This document shows, piece after piece, positions 12,201 to 23,446 of a DNA stretch of 64,000 bases. The notes below the pieces were generated by a model. That model had not been told where the DNA came from. It was given only the letters and a program-made list of their open reading frames with translations, and did no database searches. The position numbers and the translations under genes are program-made. How positions within the stretch are numbered: position 1 is the stretch's first letter; every line of letters begins with the position of its first letter. Source of the DNA: Nemertoderma westbladi (Eukaryota; Animalia; Xenacoelomorpha); assembly GCA_032718475.1 (NCBI GenBank), contig JAUCBJ010000700.1:1-64000 (forward strand), in the 5' to 3' direction.

Positions 12201-14405
12201 ATCGGCCGGAACGTAACGGAACAAATCGACTATCCACTGGAGAAAACGGTTTATTGGACCGACGCTTCACTCGTGTTGGAGTATCTCACCAATGAAGTCT
12301 GTCAGTTTAGCGTTTTTGTTACTAACCGAGTAGCTATTATTCTTAGTCGCACAAAGATAGATCAATGGAGACATTGCCCTGATACGATTAATCCAGCCGA
12401 TATCGCCTCCAGGGGAGCAACTCCACAGGAACTGATAGATACTCCAGATTGGTTGGGTGGACCCGACTTCCTGAGCAAGGAAGAGGATGAATGGCCTCCT
12501 CACCTTACTACGGCAGAGATTAGACAAGCCAAGGGAGCGGAGACCGTCAAACCTAAAACCCGGGCGAGTAAATCGAAGTTATTTAAACCGACTATCGATC
12601 TATCTGTATTACATACTTCCAGGAATGATGTTTCGGATCCACAATCCCTCAACACAAATAAGTCTGTTGTGGAAATTAGAGATAGAGATTGGAAATCTGG
12701 AATACCAGACGTCTCGCAAGGAATCTCACCCATGCTGCAGAGAGCAATGCATCATTACAGTTCCTGGAATCGGCTCTGTAAAGCCGTCACATATTTAAGA
12801 CGATGTTTTCATCATCACTACTCCAGGACGAAGACCACTAGTGATCACGCTCCATTGACATCTGCACAAGTTCATGTTATTAAGAATTTACCCAAATATA
12901 AGATATCTGATCGTTTTCTAAAAGAGAAAATTAGTCACCAGGAGTATGAAGAAACAAATAAACAGATACTGAGACTCCTGCAATGCTATGAGGATTCCGA
13001 AAAGTACTTCCTGTTGTTGAGAAATCCACAGATGCGCTTAAGGGATCGATTCTCGAGCACAATGATAGATGGGTTAATACGTGTTGGAGGAAGACTCACC
13101 AACGCGCCCTTATCCTTTGACACCAAATTCCCCATACTTATTAGAAATCTTGAAGTACAAATCAAGATGATTGTAGACGTTCACAGTAAACTTTACCATG
13201 CTGGTAGAGAAAGAATTCTTAGCGAAATTCGAACTCGCTATTATTTTGATAAACCCCGTAGAGCTCTGAACCAAGTTCTTAGGAACTGCATACCCTGTAG
13301 GAAAGCATTCAGTAGGCCTTTAACACAGCGAGAGGCAGAATTACCTAGGGAACGAGTAAGCTCCTATGAACCACCTTTTACTAATACTGGTGTAGATTTA
13401 TTTGGCCCTATTGAAGTATATCGTGCAAGGACTATAGTCAAGAGATGGTGTGTCATCTTTGTGTGCATGACTTGTAGAGCCATCCATCTCGATATGGTAA
13501 ACGATCTATCTACTAACAGCTTCGTCTTAAGTTTACGACGACAGATCGCTCGCTTCGGGACGAGTAATACCATGAGATCGGATAAAGGAACGAACTTCAT
13601 AGGTGCCAACAACGAGATACAGGCTTACGTGAAGGACTGGAACCAAAGACAGGTGGACGACCAGCTAAGGATAACAGCGTCTAGCTGGACATTCAACGCT
13701 GCCGACGCCCCTTGGTGGGGAGGAAGTTGGGAGAGATTAATTCGAAGTGTCAAAACCGCATTTCACTTTATAGTGCCATGCCGCGCGTATCTCACCGACG
13801 AACTTTTGCGGACGTTAATGGAGGAAATCGCTGCCTATCTCAATGAGAGACCGCTTATGCCAGTCTCATCGAGTCCCGATTCCCTGGAAGCGCTAACACC
13901 CGCGCACTTCCTACTGAAGAAACCTGTAGCCATGCTCCCACGATCGGAGATTGCCGACGGAGACGAATATTGCCGTCAAACTTGGCAACTTATGCAGTTG
14001 CTATCCCGTCGTTTCGCTGACCATTTCGAGAAACATTATCTGCCCACGCTACAACTTCGAACTAAGTGGTTTGCGCAGCAAGAAAACGTCAGCGCCGGAG
14101 ATATGGTGCTTATTGTAGATCCAGACCTCCCACGTAAACGGTGGCAGACAGGTCGTATCATCGAGACACACATTTCAGATGATGGTTTAGTACGCTCGGT
14201 AGAACTCATCGTCATGCGGCGTAACTTCAAGAAGCCAGGCATCATCTTTGAGACGCAACAACTCAATCGCCCAGTTGGTCGTTTATGTTTACTGGAAAGA
14301 GACAGAGAACTCTCTGGAAACTATGGAAGGCAAGACACTCTTCCCACGACCACCTCCCTAATTCCTCAAACATCCAGTAAGCAACCGAGGGTGGACTCTC
14401 TATAG
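6264..14405 (+). CDS. Bel/Pao Gag-Pol polyprotein (~2710 codons) with one in-frame TGA at 6858-6860
   Basis: ORFs 6264-6860 and 6882-14405 share a frame, and B has TGG (W) at the stop. Motifs: DUF1759-like gag (FNGDEMKWLPF), three Cys/His knuckles, protease LLDSGS, RT DIEGMFLQV...YMDD, RNase H FGDASD, integrase HAG...CIPC, GVDLFGP, SDKGTNF, WERLI, and a C-terminal DUF5641-like DGLVRSV. Confidence 0.95.
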
Positions 14406-14469
14406 CCGAGGGGCACTTGTATAATAACTAATAATCACGAACCCCGTCCTCTTATAATATATAACTCTG

Positions 14470-14532
14470 TAGTAGTCAGTAGCAGTAGTAGTAATAGTAG
14501 TAGTAGTAGTAGTATAAGTAGTAAGTAATAGT
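14470..14532 (+). repeat. (AGT)n microsatellite
   Basis: Imperfect TAGTAGTAG run just 3' of pol. Confidence 0.7.
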
Positions 14533-15669
14533 AAAGGAGATCGGTTTAAACCAAAGTGATAAAGTAACATTATTATATAACATAATCATATAGACAAAGT
14601 AGAATAAGATACAGATTCATAATTATTTTATCAAACTCATGTACTACTTACATCAATGTGCCAATTGTAATAATAATTAAACATATTATTCCGATTAATC
14701 TGCGTTCGGCCCTATAACATATTATACTGAAGTGTTTTATATCAATATATCCATGCGAGTAAACAAGAAGTGAAGTAAATGTTTATTATTATAGTTTTAG
14801 AAATTGAATGATATACCCAAGATAGGGAAATAGATAATATACAAGAAATTGCCATTTGATTAGATATATCAAAGCGGCGTCTTTAGTATAATACCGTAAT
14901 AGTATCAATTAACTCTGTTATACAATGTAAATATACTAAATCTATTTATAAATATATTATGAGCCCTACATTGTATATTTCTCCTACAGGTAGACAATGT
15001 AGTATGTTAAAACTTGATATAATTTGGTATAATGTATAACATATTACAAATAAGACTGAGGCAGCTAAACTATATTGCAAAGAAATCAAATATCCTAAAG
15101 TAATATAGTAGACCCTCCCTCCACCCTATAAATAGTGTTCACCATCTACCCCACCCACCGCCCTTATTACTTCATAATAATGAAAGATAGTACTGGCGCT
15201 CCGGTCACTCCGTTCCCTCCGCTGGTGGGGTTAAGTTGTAGGTTTTCACACTATGCAAAATCCGAGCACAGAGTTAGAAGCGCTTTGGATAGGCGAACAT
15301 TTCTTGCAGTGAAAGTATTTCCATACCTATTATAGTTTTCGAGATAGTCAGACATGAGTAGCAAAAATTTAAATTTTTTTCGGTAAAGTCTGATTTCACC
15401 GGTACCTGTCATCTGAAATATGGATTGTGATATATCGTTAGATGCGGGTCCACTAACTGTACATTCACATATTTTCAAGGAAAAAATTCGATCAAGGGTT
15501 TTCGAAATATTTTCGAATTACCGGAAGCAGACTTTGGACGACCATATCTCCGGTACCGGTTGGCCTATTGAGTCGAAATTTTTTTTAATCTACTTAGAAC
15601 ACTCCAGTGAATGTTTTTTAATTTGACAGTTTTGCTCCAAAATGCTCAGAAGTAATTTCGAAAAAAATG

Positions 15670-16720
15670 ATAATTTCGCGATCATGATCTTTTGACCCCC
15701 TAGAATTGAACTTTTTTATGGTCAAATTTTGGCTACCCCCCCTAATTCGAGGGTGAGGAATCTTTTTGTAATGTTAAGTTTTTTCATACGGTGAACTCAC
15801 AGGACTTGGTCTTCGAAATAAAACCGAAAACACGATCTTTACTGATCATGGCCTGATCAAATCGCTTTTTGAAAATTTCGAAATGCTTAAAAGTTGCCCC
15901 TTCTTAATAGAAGTCGATTAGTAAAAAAAAAATCGGGGGTCTCAAACAAAGTTTTCGAGAAAATTGGAAAAAACCGAAAAATATGATCTTTAATGATCAG
16001 GTATCAGATCTCGAGAACCGGTTGACCGATCGAGCCAATTTTTTTTTAATCAACTCAGAATAGACCATTGAACATTTCTTACAATAAATGTTTATTAAAA
16101 AAATGTTTAGATTCGATTTTAAGTACACTGATCTTTTCGCGATCATGATCTTGAGTTTTGACCCACTAGACTTGAACTTTTTTATGCCCAAATTTTGGCT
16201 ACCCCCCATAATTCGAGGGTGAGGAATCTTTTTGTGATGTTAAGTTTTTCCATACGGTGAACTCCCAGGACTTGGTCTTCGAAATAAAACCAAAAACACG
16301 ATCTTTTCTGATCGCGGCCTGATCAAATCGCTTTTTGAAAATTTCGAAATGCTTAAAAGTTGCCCCTTCACCATAGAAGTCGATTCGTAAAAAAAAAATC
16401 GGGGGTCTCAAACAAAGTTTTCGAGAAAATTGGAAAAAACCGAAAAATATGATCTTTAATGATCAGGTATCAGATCTCGAGAACCGGTTGTCCGATTGAG
16501 CCAATTTTTTTTTTAATCGACTCAAGGCGGTGTTCTGAACGTTTCCTACAGTAATTGTTTATATCCAAAATGCTTAGTTACGATTTTACGAAGTCCGATC
16601 TTTGCGCGATCATGATCTTGGGTTTTGACCAGTAAGAATTCACTTTTTTTAAAATCTTTTAACGGGAATCATGACTAATGTGGGGTCGCTGAATCTTTTT
16701 GTAATGTTAAGTTTTTCGAT
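15670..16720. repeat. ~465-bp tandem repeat (2.2 copies) inside a segment of A that is absent from B
   Basis: GCGATCATGATCTT at 15678, 16139 and 16606. The long blocks 15700-16050 and 16170-16520 are nearly identical. Confidence 0.85.
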
Positions 16721-18825
16721 TAGAGCAAGCCTTGAGTGTCCGATTGCTGATCAAAACTGATCTTTGCTGATCATGGTCAAGATCATGATCTGATCGCTCC
16801 AAAAAAAAGCTCTTGAAGGTAAACCCATATGCTGCCTGCAGTTTGGCGCCGGTCCCAAGTCCGTAGCATTAGCGGTTCTGGACTTATCTCCATAGCAACG
16901 AGGTTGCTAGGGAGGCTGACTTTTTGACTCAAATTGGCCCTAGCCGGAGAACCGTAGACTTTTGAAACGTTATGTATATGGGGAAAAGTCTTCTAGATAG
17001 ATTTTGGGGGGGGGTCTAGGAACATCCTATTGGTGGTTTTCGCTTAGTTGCTGAGATCCTCTCGTCCCAACAATTCCAGGATTCTATAAAGGCATTCTGC
17101 TGGACTAGTTCCGTGGCCGGAATAGTGTTCGGTGTTCTGCGAACAGAGAACCTAATCGGTTTAGGGCCCTGACAGTCTAGGGACTCCCTAACGTGATACG
17201 TCTGGAGTGGGTGTATGACTATATTGTTTTATCTATTTTGTTATATTTTTATATGTGAACTTTATTATGTACTTTATTATAATCGTTTTTATTCAATTTT
17301 ATTTAGTAGAATGTTATTTTAGTGATTATTTAGTAGATTAGTGCAATATATTAGAGTTTATTACGTACGTAATTACTTATAATATATATTTAGTGCGACG
17401 GCGAGAAAATAATTATTTTTTCTCTTTCCTTACTGTCCGTATCATATTGTAAATACGTGACTACAGTAAGATGAAATGTCCGTACTTCTTAAAGTACAAT
17501 AAAGCCACTACTATATTCAAGTATTATTGGTAGGCAGAGTATTAGGAATGCAAAGTTCAGATCCTCGTGTCTCGGCTAAGCCAAGCTCTGGGTAGACCTT
17601 GGAAACGACTTGCCTCTTCACACTGACATTGCTTTGTGCGATATTGCTCTTCTACCTTATATTAAATAATACATATAGTAGCGTGATGTCCATATAACAG
17701 TAGCGTAAAACGCAAATAAATCTGTTAAACCTTTTGACCATCTGTAATTCTAGTCGATTAAGATATCGCGGCACCCACCGATATACTTGAAAGACAAATT
17801 CTAGAATCAGTGGTTAACGTCCCCAGACAAGTTCTGGAATAAATCGGTGCCCATCTTAAATATTAATTTAATATTTATTAAAATCTGTAAAATTCAGATC
17901 CTTTAAAATTTCTAGTCAATTAAGATATCGCAGCACTTACCGATACTCTTAAAAGACAATTTTATAGAATTAAAGATCCTATGTCCCCAGACCTGCTCTG
18001 GAATCAAATTGTGTCAATTTTAACATCAAATAATAAAATTCACGGGAATAAATTTAAATTCATATTTTTAAATGAATTTCATAAATTGTCATTTTGTACA
18101 ATTTATAACATTCCCAAAATTCCATTAATTAATAGATCATGGGAGCGGAGATTCATCCTATTGAGTGTACTAGAGTGCGAGAATCTCCAACATATAGTCA
18201 ATAGCCGATAAAATTAACAAAATCATGCATAAAGAGGATATTGACAATTAAAGAATTATTATTAAATAGCATCCCAGATCTGTATGCATGAGAATTACCC
18301 TAATTCTACCGCTAGCATTCCATAATGTCACCATAGCAACACCCAAGCTAGAATTAGAAGCAAGTTAAAAGAACAATAGAAAGCTTGTTCCATTGCCTAG
18401 CATAGAGAATACATAGCACACTGTTAGTATCCAAGGATACACAGTAATAAAGTGACATTCTGGTAGGCACTGACTAACGGACAAATGGCCTGTGTGTGTG
18501 CAGTTTGTTGACAGTTGTGTGGAATTGGTGCGTTTATAGGTGAATGTTACTGCTAAAGTATGTTTACAGTAGCTAGTCGCAATTGTAAAAATAGCCCAAC
18601 TCTCCTATAGAAAGAACCTAAGTGGATCCAAGCCTTTGGGACGGACAGTGGAGTGACTTGTGCCGGTTATCGTTGTCGTGCTGTTGCTACATGTTGGCGT
18701 AAACACCGCGACGACGGTACATCGGCGCTGAGAATCCCACTGTCCGGGGGCAAAGATAAATAGGCAGCGACGCCCGCTCGCCTAAATACAAACTTATTTG
18801 ATATTAATAAACTCAGATAGCAGAT

Positions 18826-19476
18826 ATGACGGAGTTGATAGAAGATGATCTTGGTATTAGGGAGCGATATACTCTACCTTTACAAGCGTTTGTGGATAGC
18901 TTAATACGCGGTGAAGCCGATCCAACCATTACGGAGGACGATGGTCGTTATATCGAACCGCCGATGTCCCAAGAGCAACTTGCGCGTGAATTGGACTATC
19001 GAAAATTCACCACTCGCTCTACGAATCGTAATGGTACGTATATGGACTTCCTAACGACCGGCCATCCTATCGATTTACATGATACGGACGATATAGATAC
19101 AGAAAGGGAAATGGTTCTATTTAAATATCATACCCAGCGGAGTCGTAACGATAAACCGAGAATAGATCACGAAAATTCTATTCGTAATAGACTGGAAAGA
19201 GAAAACGTTGAAGAACCGGATAAACGCATCGACTTCAACGAATACTTATAATTTTTGAGAGAAACCTATCTCAACGTCGCTAGTCAGCAGAACTTAGAGA
19301 CTCGATATCCTCAAGGTATCCATCACGACCCTGTGGTAGAACTCAAACGGCTCTATTTCACTATGATGTATCTTACCGCCGATCGTCCACTACCTGTTAT
19401 CCCGGATAGTTTTGAACGTGGAAGAAAACTTGTAAGGACAAATAGAGGAGAACACTGGAGAAGAGACATGGGTTAA
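18826..19476 (+). pseudogene. N-terminal part of the accessory 3' ORF of element A (unknown function), interrupted by TAA at 19249-19251
   Basis: ORFs 18826-19251 and 19255-19476 are in frame. The homolog in B (43416 downward) reads YLEFLRET where A reads YL*FLRET, and amino-acid identity to B is high. Confidence 0.7.
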
Positions 19477-20312
19477 TGGGTTAATGTCTAGGGTCCATGA
19501 TGTGAATAGTTTTTCCCCGGGGCACGGGTGTTCGCGGGCGGTCTCCTTCGGGAGGCTGTAATTTCTCTTCCTTCATCGTTTTCCTGTAATTATTGTGATC
19601 AGTATCACGATTAAAGGGCAAGAATGAATGATGATGTGACGGAAACATGTCCATTGTGGTATCTTATAGATACTACCATATATCCTCCCTCCTCTTTACT
19701 CCCTTTATCCCTCTATACATCGCTATCGAAAATATAGCATACTTCGTCCCACCTTCTCTTCCCAATGTGCTCGGAGCTTTGGGAGACGATCGACCAATCA
19801 TTGCCGTATCGTGGTATGGATCATACCGCCTCCTAATAAATCCCCACCCCTTACTGTTTATTTGTATGCTCATATTGGTGTCCGCACCTCTCGTCCATGT
19901 CACATTCCACATTCTGTTGATATTTATGATATCAACTTCCACCCTCGCGTTGTTGATTAGAAAATCAACCACCAATAATTTCCTCAAGTCCGCAACCGTG
20001 ATACAAACAAGGACTGAAAGGACACGAGGATAGTTTGTGAACAACTGGTACCATTATGTGTCATAAATCTGGTTGTTCACCTCCCTCAATGATTGGAGAA
20101 ATAAATCTTCTGTAGAACAACTGAGACAAACATATCCTTGAACTGGTATTTACCTCCTCGCTAGGGATAAATTCATTTAAAGATAGTCTTCGAATGATTG
20201 AATCCTCCTACTGAGATCGTATTCTGAATCTTTCTGAATACGACATAGGCCTTCCCCTGCTTTCTACCACTACCATCAATGGCGGAAAACATATTAGTCA
20301 TCCTACAGGAAC

Positions 20313-22088
20313 ATGGAGAACATTCCATACCCTTTCGTTGATACTCAGCTGATTGCTCCCTGGGCAGAAGGTCGAGGTTTCTTCCGCACTATGTATGCTA
20401 ATACGTCTAGCAACATTACCAAGGTGCAACGAACTTCCATCGGACATCTTGCCTTTCAGGAATACGGATGGAATTTCAAAGTCGGAAATCCCATTAACTA
20501 TCAACAGGTATACGGAGACCATTATTCTCGATTATACTTTGATGGATCATTGACCGCACCTGGCGCCGTGTATAGCTTCATGAGTGTTCCACTCCGTCCC
20601 TCCTTAGCTATATACACGATCTTTGAAAACACCGCACTTGCCGGTTGGCTAGCCGATGTGTGCAGTCGTACTATACGCGCCCATCCATTAATACTTGGGA
20701 CCAAACTCGCTAAGCTAGATGAACATAATAAATTCACCCGTTTCGAATGTTTCTGGCGATTTTTAACCCCGTTTCGCAACGTGGATAGCCAATTTAAAGA
20801 CCGCGCTTTGACCAAACTCAGCCTAAGAAATTCAGCTGCAGAGAAGTTGGATAGCGCTGGATTCGCCATTTTCCAAGAGATTTGTATATCGAACTTGCAC
20901 TCCTCAGTTATACAAAGACCTCGAATCCCCACAGGTTATTCTGTCGTGGAAATTCAGACGATAGGTCCACCTGAAGAGACAGACACGCCCACTTCAGCTA
21001 TGCACTTGGAAGACGAACCAATATGTCTAGAATCTGAAGAGATTCAGCCTATCGCGCCCCGGACCAGCGACAACGATTACATCATAGAATGGTATCAAGG
21101 CCCACAGTGTCTCACTGCGTACGATTATCGCCATGCCAACTATGTTTCTAGGCAACGTTGTCGGTTATGCGCATCGAGAGACCACGATACGCCCATGGAC
21201 ACCAACGTCCGCTGTTCCTATTTCCAAGAACAACCGACTATGGAAATTTATTGCGCATATTGCAGACTCAATAACTTGCATATCTTTGCATTTTGCCCTC
21301 AATTTATGACTCAATGTCACCATTGTCAACTAAAGGGACATGCTAGTTTCAACTGCCCTTTTAATCACGATTTGGAAAGCGTAGATGAAATGATCACACT
21401 GCGTTACATCAGAGCTTGGGAAGCGAACGCTGATTTACATTGTGATTCGCGCCATCGCTATTATCCCGGACGCGCTTACGAAGGAGTTTATACGTTCCAT
21501 CCTTATCTATTCGCTTCGGTTGAACAGAAATCACACATATCAAGTTACGAGCTACTGAAGCGCGTCGGAGAATGTATTTCAACCAAATTCGTACGCAAAT
21601 TTCTCAGGAGTGTTAATCCTAGCGACCTTCATTCCTATAACTTAATCAATTATATCCGTCAGGATCCGAACTATGGAGACTTGTTTGTTAACTCACACCC
21701 TGAGTTACAGGAAGTATATCGACGGCCTTACGAATACCGAGCCCGCGAACGCGAGTTGGAAAGGACCATTAAACCCCGGAAGTTTCTAACTGCCTATGGT
21801 CCACCCACGGCCCTCGTTCAGACCACTCGTAAAGGACCCGTAAGAGCGGCTGTCTTGAAACGAGCTCTCAAAGCCGTTAGACCCCTCTCACCTGACGTTG
21901 ATGTCAATCAACCCGGTACTTCGACTGGCGGATACACCGACCATAATCCTACACCCTCTGATGCAATCATATTGCACCCTTCACCCAGGAGTTATAGCCC
22001 TCCTTGTAAAGTGGCTCGCCCCAAAGAGAAAAGGACTCTGGCTAGCTTTAAAAAACTGCGTAAACGCCGTCCGCGCAAGAAAGACTAA
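20313..22088 (+). CDS. 591-aa accessory protein of element A with CCHC zinc-knuckle-like motifs and a basic C-terminal NLS-like tail
   Basis: Long intact ORF ending 78 bp before the 3' LTR. Motifs CRLCASRDH, CAYCRLNNLHIFAFC and CHHCQLKGHASFNC; tail KKLRKRRPRKKD. The last ~45 codons are conserved in B (42056-42190). Confidence 0.8.
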   Translation: MENIPYPFVDTQLIAPWAEGRGFFRTMYANTSSNITKVQRTSIGHLAFQEYGWNFKVGNPINYQQVYGDHYSRLYFDGSLTAPGAVYSFMSVPLRPSLAIYTIFENTALAGWLADVCSRTIRAHPLILGTKLAKLDEHNKFTRFECFWRFLTPFRNVDSQFKDRALTKLSLRNSAAEKLDSAGFAIFQEICISNLHSSVIQRPRIPTGYSVVEIQTIGPPEETDTPTSAMHLEDEPICLESEEIQPIAPRTSDNDYIIEWYQGPQCLTAYDYRHANYVSRQRCRLCASRDHDTPMDTNVRCSYFQEQPTMEIYCAYCRLNNLHIFAFCPQFMTQCHHCQLKGHASFNCPFNHDLESVDEMITLRYIRAWEANADLHCDSRHRYYPGRAYEGVYTFHPYLFASVEQKSHISSYELLKRVGECISTKFVRKFLRSVNPSDLHSYNLINYIRQDPNYGDLFVNSHPELQEVYRRPYEYRARERELERTIKPRKFLTAYGPPTALVQTTRKGPVRAAVLKRALKAVRPLSPDVDVNQPGTSTGGYTDHNPTPSDAIILHPSPRSYSPPCKVARPKEKRTLASFKKLRKRRPRKKD

Positions 22089-22166
22089 CTGTTTAGAGTA
22101 TTTACATATATTAGAAACTGTGATTTTGTATATTTTATAGACTCAAATCCCATTTTCTGGGAGCGG

Positions 22167-23446
22167 TGTAAAAGCTTCTGTGGGATATAACTGGCCCTTT
22201 TGCTTCGCAACCCAGTTTCCCCCCAGGCGCTGGAATACTCTAAAAAGGTTCTCTAACTGTATATATATTCCCCTCGCCCGCAAGGTACCGTTACAGGTGT
22301 TTTAACGGACATAAAAGTTATTCTGCTATATACGTGTTTTAGCGGACATGGTAAGGCAAAAAACCTGCAATGCGACAAATACCTTTCATAGCTTAGCCGT
22401 GATGATTCATATTACGACATCTAACAGCTGGTTGCTGACATGGAAACAGCCATTGGACGCATGGTTCTTTGTTTGGCTTGAACCAATCAGAGCGATTTTT
22501 CCTGTCGACGTGTAGCTTTTCGGTCGATCATAAGGAGTGTGTTCAGTCTTACTGTTTTTTGGTGATACTCTGTTGTTATTGCTGTCTAGGCCAGGAACAA
22601 CGGCTCTAGAGTCAATGCGTTTCATACTTTTAGAAGAAACATTAGTAGGCTTAAATTATAGAGCGTATGACTGTTATCAAATCTTATCAATTCAATGCAA
22701 TTCTTAACAAACCATTCATAATTCAATACTTTGTTGTTATTACTGTTCAACATACATTATTATACTGCTATTTACTGTTGTGTTCGGTTGAATATTATTT
22801 GGAGAACATATATAAAGAACCCAAATTTCCCAATTTTCTTGATACACTACAGGTTAGAGAGACGGGTTATATATAGCGATTGCGACTTATATTGTTGTGG
22901 TTTGTAGTGAATTTAATGCTATTTGATAAGCACTACATTGGTCCGTTGCTGTTCTCTTTATATATGATAAAATTCATTGACGATCGGCAAATTAGCGTGC
23001 AGTATTGTGTGTTACCGGTAGTGTGCATGATTGTGATTGATAACTAAGCATTTCCTAAAGAATGCGCCTCATACGTGAATCTTAAGCCTTACCGACTTAC
23101 CGTTGTGATTAGTATAAGTCATATCTCTGTTTACTTAGATAGAGCGCCACGTCCTAAAGGAACTGTTAATATTTCCCGAAAGTAAATAATATTAGTCAGA
23201 AATTAATTATTAACGATCAATCGAATAATACAATACAGTAAGCTTCACTGCAATAATAATCTAAGCCCTCAGAATCCAGTCTCCCGGGATTATCCAGCGG
23301 GTGAATGGACGCGCACTAGGCTGGCTTCTGCTAATGTTGTGTTTATTGGTATTAAATATTTGTCATCTTCTAAAGTATATTTATAAACCAAAAGACATAT
23401 AAATTTTGGCAGGTTAAACTGCTAAGGGTCTTCAAAAGCGCGTACA
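22167..23446 (+). repeat. 3' LTR of element A (1280 bp)
   Basis: Direct repeat of 2739-4013, TGTAAAAG...CGTACA, followed by the TSD AGGGG. Confidence 0.97.

Larger units (their letters stand above)
2739..23446 (+). mobile_element. Bel/Pao LTR retrotransposon, element A (20,708 bp)
   Basis: TG...CA LTRs at 2739-4013 and 22167-23446. 5-bp TSD AGGGG at 2734-2738 and 23447-23451. Polyprotein in gag-PR-RT-RH-IN order. Purine tract GGGAGCGG before the 3' LTR. Confidence 0.97.

Noticed and set aside
16845-16870. GCCGGTCCCAAGTCCG, resembling the twister ribozyme core
   Set aside because: There is no downstream GAGGG pseudoknot partner or closing P1/P2 stems. It lies in a motif typical of non-autonomous DNA repeats.
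19647-20044. Overlapping +/- ORFs of ~125 aa, the + one hydrophobic (possible env TM fragment)
   Set aside because: They are short, have no homolog in B and show no recognisable motif. I cannot tell which strand, if either, is coding.
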